Of a DNA stretch of 64,000 bases, positions 51,988-64,000 are shown piece by piece; within the stretch, counting starts at the first letter, position 1; every line of letters begins with the position of its first letter. Origin of the DNA: Mobula hypostoma (lineage: Eukaryota); assembly GCF_963921235.1 (NCBI RefSeq), contig NC_086105.1:90644001-90708000 (forward strand), in the 5' to 3' direction. The notes under the pieces were generated by a model, which was not told the origin of the DNA, ran no database searches, and saw only the letters and a program-made list of their open reading frames with translations. Position numbers and translations under genes: made by a program.

Positions 51988-53060
51988 TAGAACATAGAAC
52001 AGTACAGCACAGTACAGGCCCTTCGGCCCACAATGTTGTGCAGACCCTCAAACCCTGCCTCCTATATAACCCCCCACCTTAAATTCCTCCATATACCTGT
52101 CTAGCAGTCTCTTAAATTTCACTGGTGTATCTGCCTCCACCACTGACTCAGGCAGTGTATTCTACACACCAACCACTCTCTAAGTAAAAAACCTTCCTCT
52201 AATATCCCCCTTGAACTTCCCACCCCTTACCTTAAAGCCATGTCCTCTTGTACTGAGCAGTGGTGCCCTGGGGAAGAGGCGCTGGCTATCCACTCTATCT
52301 ATTCCTCTTATTATCATGTACACCTCTATCATGTCTCCTCTCATCCTCCTCCTCTCCAAAGAGTAAAACCCTAGCTCCCTTAATCTCTGATCATAATGTT
52401 ACTCTCTAAACCAGGTAGCATCCTGGTAAATCTCCTCTGTACCTTTTCCAATGCTTCCACATCCTTCCTATAGTGAGGCAACCAGAACTGGACACAGTAC
52501 TCCAAGTGTGGCCTAACCAGAGTTTTATAGAGCTGCATCATTACCCCGTAACTCTTAAACTCTATCCCTCGACTTATGAAAGCTAACACCCCATAAGCTT
52601 TCTTAACTACCCTATCTACCTATGAGGCAACTTTGAGGGATCTGTGGACATGTACCCCCAGATCCCTCTGCTCCTCCACACTACCAAGTATCCTGCCATT
52701 TACTTTGTACTCTGCCTTGGAGTTTGTCCTTCCAAAGTCTACCACCTCACACTTCTCCGGGTTGAACTCCATCTGCCATTTCTCAGCCCACTTCTGCATC
52801 CTATCAATATCTCTCTGCAATCTTTGACAATCCTCTACACTATGTACACCACCACCAACCTTTGTGTCATCTGCAAACTTGCCAACCCACCCTTCTACCC
52901 CAACATCCAGGTTGTTAATAAAAATAACGAAAAGTAGAGGTCCCAGAACCGATCCTTGTGGGACACCACTAGTCACAATCCTCCAATCCGAATGTACACC
53001 CTCCACCACAACCCTCTGCTTTCTGCAGTTGAGCCAATCCTGAATCCACCTGGCCAAACT
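51988..53060 (-). mobile_element. Young CR1 (HER1-like) 3' fragment nested in the Gypsy element
   Basis: ORFs 52620-53057 and 52380-52589 (GVPQGSVLGPLLF...KFADDTKVGG). Confidence 0.9.
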
Positions 53061-53074
53061 GAGTTTAATCTGAG

Positions 53075-53254
53075 CCTAATCATGGGACAATTTAGAATGA
53101 CCAATTAACCTACCAACCAGTATGTCTTTGGAATGTGGGAGGAAACCCACGCGGTCACAGGGAGAACGTACAAACTCCTTACGAGCAGCAGCGGGAATTG
53201 AACCCGGGTCACTGGTACTGCAAAGCGTTGTAGTAATCACTATGCTACCGTGCT
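53075..53254 (-). mobile_element. V-SINE-like SINE; its tail lies at ~51915-51987, split off by the CR1
   Basis: Head CAGCACGGTAGCATAGTG...CCCGGGTTCAATTCCCG; V-domain-like body. Confidence 0.7.
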
Positions 53255-55610
53255 GTACTTACAGGATGACCAACAGCTGGTGGTATTAAAGACAGCTCCT
53301 CCCCTTTTGTTCTGGAAGCCACCGCCGTAACAACATGTCCTGTCATTCCAGAAGTCAATCCAATGTCTTCTGGCAGATTAGCGCTATCTCGGTATAATTC
53401 TGTGATAAGAGTCCACTGGCGTAGAACTTTAGTGCGCCCCTCTACTGTGCTCCATTCCGCTTGGCGTTTTAAATTCCATCAGCAAGAGTGGGATGCCTAA
53501 GTTTAATTGCTGCCCTTACTTGAACCCATGGTGATGCATTATGCTCAGGGGAAGCAAGGAGCATTCTCAGGTTATTATTGATCACGTGTTGGGACAATAG
53601 GCTCCCTAAGACACGCACCTGTCTGTCAGATAAGCCCACTCATCCCGTGGCCTGGCCCATACTGTTTTGGGTACACAGGGGAGAGGACAATCATTTTGAG
53701 GAATAAACAGAGGGGTCCGCACTACTCCCCCTCCCTCATTTTCATCATCCAGCCAGACATCCCCATTTCCCAGCCCCACTGTAGGATCATTGACTTAACA
53801 GGGTTGGGCTGCCAGCCAGCTCGGCACACAGCATCTACATGCTTACAAGCTATCTGTATATTCTTATCCCCCAACTTTACAGCCCGAATCTGGGTCTTCT
53901 CAGAACAATACAGCGCTGACTGAGATTTTCCAATTCATCTTAAGACTTGCTGTCATTTTGTAATGATGTCTTACAATCACTGCAAAGACCCAGAAAGCAT
54001 CCAACCAGCTATCCTTTCTCCTGGGAAAACACAATGAATTTAGTATGGAAATAACGTGGCGTCCCATTTCAACCCTGGCAAAATCTAATTAGTCTGACCA
54101 ATCTACTGGCATTTCATAACCCATCAGTAGGTTGGCAAGACCTCCAAAGCCCTCACTATTATTTGTCGAACCTGGGACTGCATCTCTCATACAGGGAGTG
54201 CTCTCTTCTAAATAACCTTTGAAAGAGATGCATTTCTGCTCAAAAAGCCATACCCCGCTCGCAGCGCCAAAATATGATATTGAATCAGGTTCGTGGGTCA
54301 GGCAAGTGAGCCAGTAAACACTAATTATGATTAAGTATATTGATCATTTATTTACCAACAGTAAATATTCAACCAAGCATTCATGTTCCCCAAGTTACAG
54401 AAACTACAAAGCTGAATACTCAACAGGTATACATTCAGCTAATCACAAATAAGAGAAAATCTGCAGATGCTGGAGGAACTCAGCAGGCCAGGCAACATCT
54501 ATGGAAAAAGTACAATCGGTGTTTCAGGCGGAAACCCTTCGGCAGGACAGATTCAGCAAACATATTTAGTTAAAAGTGTGTGCACAGCATACCTCCCATT
54601 GGTTATGTGCACCATTTGCCCTAAACAGAAGAAGAGAGAGCAAGCCCCTTCCAAGCACTATATTATACCCGGGATATCTGAAACAGGATATCAGGTGGCT
54701 AGCCAATGGGAAAAGCAACTGTTGTTTCTAAACTGACCAATCATGGCAACGTGACTTTTGACAAGTAGAGTAAGCCACACCCCCACAGGACAGTGTCACT
54801 CACCTTGTTTCGTATGTTCTCTACGCCAGTCGACAAATTCTGGCACTTAGAAGGATGAGCAGCAGATGCAAGGCGTCACCAGTTACTTTCAATAATGCAG
54901 ACCTTGACGTGGGAATATATTCATTCTTTTGCTGTGACTGGGACAGATCTCTATTGCATTCACATGCACATGCATGGTAATGTTTCAAGAAGATCACCAC
55001 CGAGGCTAATCCTCAATTGGCTTTACGGTCAAATACCTGAAGTACTGGGGGAGCTCAACAGGTCAAACAGCATCTGTGGAGGGAAATGGACAGCTGACGT
55101 TTTGCATCAAGATTCTTCATCACCTAAGTAGTTCGACCCAAAACATCAACTATCCATTTCCTTTTAAAGATGCCCCCTGAACCACTGAGTTCCTCCAGCA
55201 GGTTGTGTGTTTCTCCAGGTTTCAGCACCAGCAGCCTCTTGGGACTTCTGGCCTTGTGGTCCATGTGCTGAGCATACTCCTCAGTGTGGCTAGGATAGCA
55301 GTCTTAAGATTTAGACCTTAACTTCAAAGGATCAATGATAGATATTCAAGTGTGGATGGTACGTAAGTGATTCTATTCTCATGTTCTTTAAGATAGAGGT
55401 AATGTGTTCAGGAGGTGCTTTTGGATGGAGTGGAAAATTATAAAGGTTATGGAGTGACGTCTTTGGGAAGTAAATGGCGGGAGGTTGGTGGTTATTGTGA
55501 GAAGGGTGTGGTGAGGAGGGGGTGGGGTGGGGAATTGTTCTGGTGAGGAAGCAAGTAGAGGGATCAAGGTCAAGAAAGACAAGAACTTTGAAAGTGTTTT
55601 CTGGTGATAG

Positions 55611-56000
55611 GTGAAGAAGGAGGCCGGAGAGAATGTCCCGACCCTCAGCGACCAGGAGTTGGTCTCCATGACAGTCAGAGAACTGAATCAGCACCTGCGG
55701 GGCCTAAGTAAGGAGGAGATTGTCCAGCTGAAGCAGCGGCGGCGGACACTGAAGAACCGGGGTTATGCAGCCAGCTGTCGGGTCAAGCGCGTGACGCAGA
55801 AGGAAGAACTGCAGCGACAGAGAACCGATCTCCAGCAGGAGGTGGCCAAGCTGGCCCAGGAGAACGCCAACATGAGAGTGGAACTTGATGGCTTGCGCAC
55901 CAAGTATGAGGCCCTTCAGAAGTACGCTCGCACTATGGCCAAGACCCCTACCCTACCCCCCACCAGTGTCATTACCATTGTCAAATCATCTGACTCCTAG
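55611..56000 (+). CDS. MAFK: Small Maf bZIP main exon (VKKEAGEN...[21 protein letters not shown]...TSVITIVKS)
   Basis: Phase-0 acceptor gatag|GTG; extended homology region, basic region and leucine zipper. VKKEAGEN and linkage to TMEM184A favour MAFK, although some residues are MAFG-like. Confidence 0.85.
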   Translation: MKKEAGENVPTLSDQELVSMTVRELNQHLRGLSKEEIVQLKQRRRTLKNRGYAASCRVKRVTQKEELQRQRTDLQQEVAKLAQENANMRVELDGLRTKYEALQKYARTMAKTPTLPPTSVITIVKSSDS

Positions 56001-58644
56001 GCTCTCCTCGGACGAGGAGGTTGAATTAAAGAGCCAGAGCAGGTAAATGGAATTAAGGTACAGATGGCAGTCTTGAAATAATAGAATGGACAAGGTTTAT
56101 CCTTGTTTCGATTTAAGGCAAGGCTCTTATATGACAACGCTTCTGGAGATAACACAGAAGCAAGATGCTGTTGCTCAGCAAGAGCCTCTCTCTTAATCCC
56201 ATCTACCCTCAAAAACCTGGAGTTGCCAATCAATAACTATCTTGTGCAGTGGTTAGTAAGTGCCTGCATTACCAGGCCAGAAGTCTGACTGAGTAGCATT
56301 GATTTTGCAGCTGGCTTTCCTGAGTTCAGAGAGGAAAATCTCCATCTATGGGATCAGTGTGGTAAGTCTGTAGATGGATTGGATGGGCTCCCCCTCCCCC
56401 ATAGGTGCTTGGCTGATTATTCAACTTGGGCTGTTCACTTTGCCATCTGAAGAGCTGAAACTCTGGAAGAATCTCCATTTGCAACAAAGATCAGGACTAC
56501 TAATGCTGGTAGCTTTTAAGCAACTGTGGTTTCCATCTGGGGCTTTCACAAGCCAAAACGTTAGGGAATTCTGAGGAGAAATTGTGTAGTAATCAAATAT
56601 TGTGTCTCTTGTAAGCTGTACAAAATATATCCTTTTATTCAGTTTCTCAGTTTCCATTGTAAACTTGTTCAATGATGAAATCTATGTAAGTGGCTTGTGG
56701 CCTAGATGTCTCCAAGCTTATGCTGAGTGAAAATTGCAGACTGAGAGAGGCCATTCTTGAATCTAGGTCTTATTCTGAGAGCCAGGTACAAGTTTATTTG
56801 GAGTCAGTATAAATTGAGACACGAGAGGACAGATGCTGGAATCTGAAGCAACAAGCAAAATGTTGGAGGAACTCAGCTGATCAGATACCATCTGTGGAGG
56901 AAAGTGAACAGTCAGCTGTCTACAGATCTGCTTGACCCATCCAGTTCCTTCAGCATTTTGTTTATTGCTCAGATATACCCAATCTTGTGTAAGGTGTAAA
57001 TGCTGCAATATGGACTGGGGGAAATAAACCTATATTACAGATTTCAAAGGTTCTGTCAATATGGTCTTTTAGAAAATAAATTGAATTTTACTGTCTTTAA
57101 TTAGTTTTTAAAAGGGAAAGAATTAAAGTCCTTCTGTTTCCTGTGATTCCTGAGATAGAAACAATTTCTAAACTTAGCAGGGTTGTGCAGAACTAAGGTG
57201 AAAATTCATTCAGTTCTGTGGCGTGATTCGGGAGACGCAGGTGCTGAGTGGGTTCCAAAATAGCAACTGAAGTGGCAGACATTGTACCAGTTATTGATGA
57301 AAGAGACTACTATCTGCTAATGGTTCGCACTGCAGGTAGGTTATGATTTCACCCAGCACACAGTGTTGATTTGACTGCAGAGTTGACATTTTGAAGCTCA
57401 ATGCTTCAGCTAACCCCATACCATTTAAAGGGGTTCATCAACTACTTTTGGCTTGGTCGCTGGTTTATTCCTCTGGCCTCCGCTGCAACATGATTCAGCA
57501 TTTGCTACTTTTAAGCGTTCTTGCAGATTGCCGAACTACTGACAGACGATCTAGATTTCAGGACGTTGCAGAAACCAGGCTCTCCTGGTTACCATGCAGT
57601 TGCAGGGAGGGATTCTACACTGAGCACAGCACACTGGAGGTCGAGCAGCGGGAAGAGGAGGGTTGAAGGGTGCTCAATAGCAGGTCATGTCTATCCACAA
57701 TTTTAGGGGAGTTTTTTAAAATCTGAATCTCAGCAATGGGCATGAAGACATTGTCTGTGTTACGAGAGGGACATCCTGCCTGAAATATATCGTATTGACC
57801 TCAACCAACAATGTCAGAGTTAAAATGGTAGGCTCCTTCTTAATGCAACAATAGTTAATTGATATCCACCACTGCATGAGGTTATCCCTAGGCCAGCCAA
57901 TTCAAAGATGGTTGTTGCATTTCATTCTCTTACCAAGTAAAGAGTCATGCTTACCAGGACGGTTGGCTTCCCCTAATGCAGGCTGCTGTTGCCTGCACTT
58001 GTACCGAACCATTGGCAACACAACTAACGGGGCAGACTGATTAGACTGTTACTTTGGAGCCCCACTGTACTCTTCAGAAAGGGTGTTGAGAATCATGTTG
58101 ATCTGATCTGTATCTGTGGTATCCTTCTTCCCTACCCTCAACTTTGATCCGTTTTCATATCATCTGCAAACTTGTTCATTAGACTTTCTATGCTTTCATC
58201 ATATCAGCATACCCCTGCAATTGGAGTTTGTTTTCTTAGAAGACTGGCCGTATCATGACTTTCCATAATTCTAGTCCCTCCTATTTCTGCCGTTGAATCC
58301 TGGCGTCTCAGCAAATATGCAGAGATGCATTCACTGACTAATCCCATCCACCCCTGTAGGCATGCTGCATACAGGTACAGGATTTGCTGATTTTCTTGAG
58401 GACTGTTGTTTTAATTACCAAAAATGTATATTACATGGTTTGATAAATTATTATTAAAAAAGTACTGATAGAAGAAATTGCTTTATTAGTTTACAGAGTA
58501 AATCCCATAAGTGACTCCCACTGTGAATCAACAACCTTGTCTCATTCTTGGTAAACTTGTTCAACTCTGTGTATGTTTGTGTGTTGGACAAATTTTTATT
58601 GTGCATCTCAAATGTTTGTTGTGATGTGTGAATTCCATAAGGAT

Positions 58645-59425
58645 GAATTTCAAAGGTTCAATTTAGTGTCAGAGAAATGTATACAATATACATTCAAAAC
58701 ATCCACGAAAACAGAGAGGTGCCCCAAAGAATGAATGACAGTTAAATGTGAGAACCCCAAAGCTCTACCCCCCGCTCCCCCCTCCTGCACATGAATGGCA
58801 GCGAGCAACAATCCCCCCTCCCACCACCGGCAAAACAAAAAGTGCACCTGCTACCGAGTACAAGCATGAGCTAAGTGATAGCGAAGACACAGACCTTGCA
58901 GTTACCCCAAAGACTATCGCAATTTATCCGGCATTCGGCAACCCACAGGTTCTCTCTCTCCCTAGTAAGGGAGACGGGGGTGTCCCCCATTTTCACAGTG
59001 AGCAGGAGACATAACAACAACCCGCTGGTTTATGATGTTAAAAAGTCAGTTTTGTTGCTTTTTACAAGCTCTATCTCCGAAGATCGCAAAGATCTCGGGT
59101 CTTCGGGCCCACAGCGAAAGATTTTCCGGCCTCCCTGACAACACACGAGTCTCCTGCTGTGACACCGACCCTCAATCCGCCCATCTCTAGACCCCCGAGA
59201 TCTTAGGCTTCCAAACACTAGGCCGCCTCTCAGGCTGACTCCTTGGCTGGTCCTGAAACCCCAAAAACGAGTCCCATTCCCACAAGGAACCGAAGTCGGC
59301 GTGTAATCCAGGTCAGGGCCTTCAAAAGAACCCTGAAAGGGAAGAATAAAGATATTAAAGATGAAAATAGAGCTGTTTCCGAAGTTACAAGCAAAGAAGT
59401 TGCCATTTAGTGCGACTGCCATAAT
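58645..59425 (-). mobile_element. Non-autonomous LINE-derived element, similar in layout to 37128-37790
   Basis: GC-rich non-coding body with a Rex1/L2-like 3' end (TGTATACATTTCTCTGACACTAAATTGAACCTTTGA). Confidence 0.5.
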
Positions 59426-59629
59426 GCAGCAATACACTGTGTATATTAGAACTAACAGAGGTCCCAGCAGGAATCCTTACAGAACATCACTGGTCTTTAC
59501 AGAACATCATTGGTCACAGACCTGCAGTCGGAAAAACATCATATCCACCAATGCCATAACTATGCTCAGCCAATTTTGTATCCAGTTTACTAACTCACTG
59601 TGGATCCCATGAGCTTTAATCTATGGGAC

Positions 59630-60680
59630 TAACTTGTTCCTATGTTACTATTGTCAATAACAAAGTTATATACAAATCCAACTCAAGTATTTCCATCACT
59701 AAAATTATAAATTGTGAGATCTTAATGCATTCGAATCTTTGCATTAAGATCAATTCTGACAAATATAAATATCCCAAAAACAAGAGAATTTCTCACCCTG
59801 CTAAAATCCTCCAACTTCCTAATGATCAAAGTGGGCATCTGGGTGATCTGTATAGGAAAACTCAAAACACCCATTGCATATCTTGTATACAAGAGACTGT
59901 TATTCACACTTGAAGGAAAATGTAAAAACATCTTAACTGATCCCCTGAAGACCTCACTGGTAACTATTAAGGTATTCTGTTCAAAATCTATGTATAATTT
60001 AATCAAAGTATCAAACAAATATTAACAGTTTTTACCTCTTGTGCAGGTTTCAATCAGGCCTTTCCCAAACTAGTTGACCACTTAGTTAGCTTTCCAATGC
60101 AATACTCACTAAAATCCTGAGACAATGGGTCTTGAGGTTTCAGTACCTAAATACTTTTCGTAAGACCAAGAATCAATAAACTCTAGATCTATCTTACTCG
60201 TACACCATCTTGGAACATTGCTATAAATAAATATCTTGTATTTTGAAATAATATAAAAAAAACTGTTGTCTTAATGTTTTTGATAGTGTTTTTTTTTTCT
60301 TTGGACAAATTCTTCTCAGAATATTGAGGTTGTTACCCATGCCTTTATGAGAATCCCTAACTGCAGCCACAGCATCAAAAGCGAGGGTGTAGCATCAGAT
60401 GTTATCTTGATTGAGATGAATATCTCAAAACACTCTATCTTTCTTCCTTTCTTCCTTGTTTGACATACTTAAAATACAATAAACATCATGCAATTAGATA
60501 AGATAGAGTGTGGGTCCCCTTGGTTGATATCCTTCTTAATGGGATTCCCTCTCGCATGCACAATCATCATTAGACAAGTCTGAGTACAACTGGAAGAATG
60601 TATGGATAAATTTTAGTATACATCCTTAAAACTCTGGGCCCAATTATTGATAACCAACTATAAATATTGTCAATTGTTAA
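59630..60680 (-). mobile_element. Heavily decayed non-LTR RT fragment, R2-superfamily-like
   Basis: Minus-strand remnants in RT order: PIKKDINQGDPHS (~60550-60510), YTLAFD (~60390), EKYLGT (~60150), RGSVKMFLHFPSSVNNSLLYTRYAMGVLSFP (~59945-59855). Confidence 0.55.
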
Positions 60681-61149
60681 CTTCTTTATTAAAGTCCATG
60701 TGGACAATATGCACTGTCCTACCCTCGTGAATTATCTTCATTACCCCAAAAAGAATCAAGTTTTGAGACAGGACTTCCCTTGCACAAACCCATACTGATG
60801 ATCCTTAATAAGTCCATGCTTTTCTAACTGTGAGTAAATCCTGTCCCTCGGAATCTTCAATAATTTCCTCAGCACTAATGTAAAGCTCACTGGTCTATAA
60901 TTTCCTGGATTACCCTTGTGCCCTTCTTTCCAAGAAGATAAGTTATAGTATTGGCTAATTCCAGTCTTCTAGGACCTTACCTTTGGCTAAAGAGATGCAA
61001 AGATCTCCCTCAAGAGTCCAGCAATTTCCTCCCTCAATATTCTAGGATGGATTCCATCAGTATTCTTGGAACATCCACCCTATCGTTTTCAAGGCACCTA
61101 CATCATCTCTTTCTTAATGTAGACATGTTTCAGAATATCAACATACCCC

Positions 61150-61333
61150 ACACAAAATGCTGGAGGAACTCAGCCGGCCAGGCAGCATCTATGGAAAAGA
61201 TTAAGCAGTCAATGTTTCGGGCCGAGACCCTTCATCAGGACTGCATAGATGCTCCCTGGCCTGCTGAGCTCATCCAGCATTTTGTTTGTGTTGCTTTGGA
61301 TGTCCAGCATCTGCAGTTTTTCTCATGTTTGTG
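61150..61333. mobile_element. PLE-derived fold-back mini-element with hammerhead (minus strand, 61206-61243)
   Basis: 13-bp TSD ATCAACATACCCC / ATCAACAAACCCC (61137-61149 and 61334-61346). Confidence 0.85.
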
Positions 61334-61519
61334 ATCAACAAACCCCTCCCTGTTTTCACCGACATGATACCTCCATCTCCATGCATAATTTCTTTCCTTT
61401 GTCCTTGAATGGACCTACCACTTCCCTCACTATCTGCTTACTCCTGATATACATATATCATGATTTGGGATTCTCCTTAATCTTGTTCACCAAAGACATT
61501 TCATAGCTCACTTTAGACT

Positions 61520-64000
61520 GTAAGACCATAAGACATAGGAGCAGAATTAGGCCATTGAGCTAACGAATCCGCTCCGCCATTCAATCATGGGTGATCCTTT
61601 TTCTCCCCCTCCTCAACCCCAGTTCCCAGCCTTCTCCCCGTGACTTTTGATACCATGTCCAATCAAGAACCTATCAATCTCTGCCTTAAATACACCCGAT
61701 AACCTGGCCTCCACAGCTGCATGTGGGAACAAATTCCACAAATTCACCACCTTTTGGCTGAAGAAATTTCTCCGCATCTATTTTGAAAGGGCGCCCCTCT
61801 ATCCTGTGGCTGTGCCCTCTTGTCCTAGACTCTCCTACCATGGGAAGCTTCCTTTCCACATCTACTCTGACTAGGACTTTCAACATTCGAAAGGTTTCAA
61901 TGAGATCCCCCCCTCATCCTTCTGAATTCTAGCGAGTACAGACCCAGAGCCATCAAACATTAAATAACCATATAACAATTACAGCATGGAAACAGGCCAT
62001 CTCAGCCCTTCTCGTCCGTGCCGAACGCTTACTCTCACCTAGTCCCATCTACTTGCACTCAGCCCTTAACCCTCCATTCCTTTCCTGTCCATATAGCTAT
62101 CCAATTTAACTTTAAATGACAACATCAACTTCCCCTATTAGCCATTGTTTCATGGAAATAGTTATATATGCTAAAAATGGCAAACTACCATTTAACTGAT
62201 TAACAGATTATGTATTTAAATAAGATACAGAACAAATAAGAGAACTGTCAATATAACTGTAGTATTTATCAATGGAGGAATTTATTCGTGCTGACCTTGT
62301 TTTTTTTTTCCTCGTATGATAACCCTTTCATTCCTGAAATCATCCTTGTGAACCTCCTCTGGACCCTCTCCAATGCCAGCACATCTTTTCTAAGATGAGG
62401 GGCCCGAAACTATTCACAATACTCAGGGTGAGGCCTCACCAGTATCTTATAAAGCCTCAGTATCACATCCTTGCTCTTGTATTCTGGACCTCTTGAAATG
62501 AATGCTAAGATGGCATTTGCCTTCCTCACCACCGACTTGATCTGCAAGTTAATCTTTAGGGTGTTCTGCACAATGACTCCCAAGTCCCTTCGCATCTCAA
62601 ATTTTTGGATTTTCTCCCCGTTTAGAAAATAGTCCGCACATTTATTTCTACTACCAAAGTGCATGACCATACATTTTCCAACATTGTGTTTCAATTGCCA
62701 CTTTCTTGCCCATTCTCCTAATCTGTCTAAGTCTTTCTGCATCCTACCTGTTTCCTCAACACTTCCTGCCCCTCCACCAATCTTCATATCATCTGCAAAC
62801 TTGGCAACGAAGCCATCTATTCCACCATCTAAATTATTTATATATGGCATTAAAAGAAGTGGTCCCAACACTGACCCCTGCGGAACATCATTAGTCACTG
62901 GCAGCCAATCAGAAAAGGATCTTTTTATTCCCACTCGCTGCCTCATACCAATCAGCCAATGCTCTAAGCATGTTAGTAACTTTCCTGTGATACCATGGGC
63001 TCTTAACTTGGTAAGCAGGCTCATGTGTGGCACCTTGTCAAAGGCCTTCTGGAAGTCCAAATATACAACATTCACTGCATTCCTTTTATCTATCCTACTT
63101 GTAATCTCCCCAGTGAATTCCAACAGGTTCGTCAGGCAGGATTTTCCCTGAAGGAAATCATGCTGACTTTGTCCTATCTTGTCCTGTGTCACGAAGTACT
63201 CCATCACCTCATCCTTAACAATTGACTCCAACATCTTCCCAACCACTGAGGTCAAGCTAACTGGTCTATAATCTCCTTTCTATTTCCTTTGTTAAAGAGT
63301 GGAGTGACATTTGCGATTTTCCGGTCCTCTGGCACCATGCCAGAGTCAAATGATTTTTGAAAGATTATTTCTAATGCCACCACAATGTCTAACACTACCT
63401 CTTTCAGAACCCTAGGGTGCAGTTCATCTGGTCTGGATGACTTAGGTACCTTTAGGTCTTTTAGCTTTTTGAGCACCTTCTCTCTTGTAATAATAACTGC
63501 ACCCACTTCTCTTCCTTAACACACTACAACATCAAGCATACTGCTAGTGTCTTCCACAGTGAAGACTGATGGAAAATACTCATTTAGTTCATCACCAATC
63601 TCCATGTCCCCTGTTATTATTTCTCCTGCCTCATTTTCTAGTGGTCCTACGTCCACCCTCTCTTTTATTTTTAACATACTTGAAAAAACTTTAACTATCC
63701 TCTTTGATATTATTTGCTAGCTTGCTTTCATATTTCATCTTTTCCCTTCTAATGATTTTTTTAAGTTGCTCTCTGTGGGTTTTTTAAAAATTCCCAATCC
63801 TCTCTCTTCCCACTAATGCCCTTTCTTTTGCTTTTACTATAGCTTTGACTTCCCTTGTCAGCCATGGTTGTACTATTTTACCATTTGAGTATTTCTTCAT
63901 TTTTGGAATATATATGTCCTGCACCTTCCTCATTTTCCCAGAAACACACACCATTGCTGCTCTGCTGACATCCCCGCCAGTGGCTCCTTCCAATTTACTT
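61520..64000 (-). mobile_element. CR1 LINE (RT region), running off the window; interrupted at ~61960-62300
   Basis: ORF 62410-63255 LDFQKAFDKVPH...VPQGSVLGPLL...KFADDMKIGG. Confidence 0.9.

Larger units (their letters stand above)
49207..54787 (-). mobile_element. Decayed Gypsy-type LTR retrotransposon in the MAFK intron; LTRs 49207-49602 and 54273-54787
   Basis: Two diverged direct repeats sharing CATGTTCCCCAAGTTACAGAAACTACAAAGCTGAAT, with TG...CA ends (one degenerate). Minus-strand PBS TGGCGCTGCGAGCGGG (54254-54269, tRNA-Ser-like); PPT GGAGGGGAGGG (49603-49613); integrase-like remnants. Confidence 0.8.

Overview
Repeat-rich vertebrate genomic DNA. The repeat repertoire (Neptune-type Penelope elements, CR1/HER1-like, Rex1, V-SINE) suggests a cartilaginous fish, probably a ray; this is inferred. 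Three host genes are present: the last five coding exons of TMEM184A (+, 3751-16766), an intact intron-less METTL4 ORF (-, 18574-19833, a probable retrogene), and a small-Maf bZIP gene, most likely MAFK (+, coding exons 48547-48582 and 55611-56000). Candidate promoters lie at ~23.4-23.9 kb and ~30.0-30.2 kb. The rest is nested transposons: Penelope-like elements (PLEs) with minimal hammerhead ribozymes, many ~100-220 bp PLE-derived fold-back mini-elements with 13-14 bp TSDs, CR1, Rex1, L2, RTE-derived and tRNA-derived SINEs, 80-bp hAT MITEs, a decayed Gypsy LTR element in the MAFK intron, a decayed R2-superfamily RT fragment, and a 1.1-kb local inverted duplication. The most interesting points are the hammerhead-bounded palindromic PLE mini-elements with a consistent one-sided tail, and the intact METTL4 retrocopy inside a TMEM184A/MAFK locus whose gene orientation differs from human. 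Repeat boundaries without a TSD are approximate.
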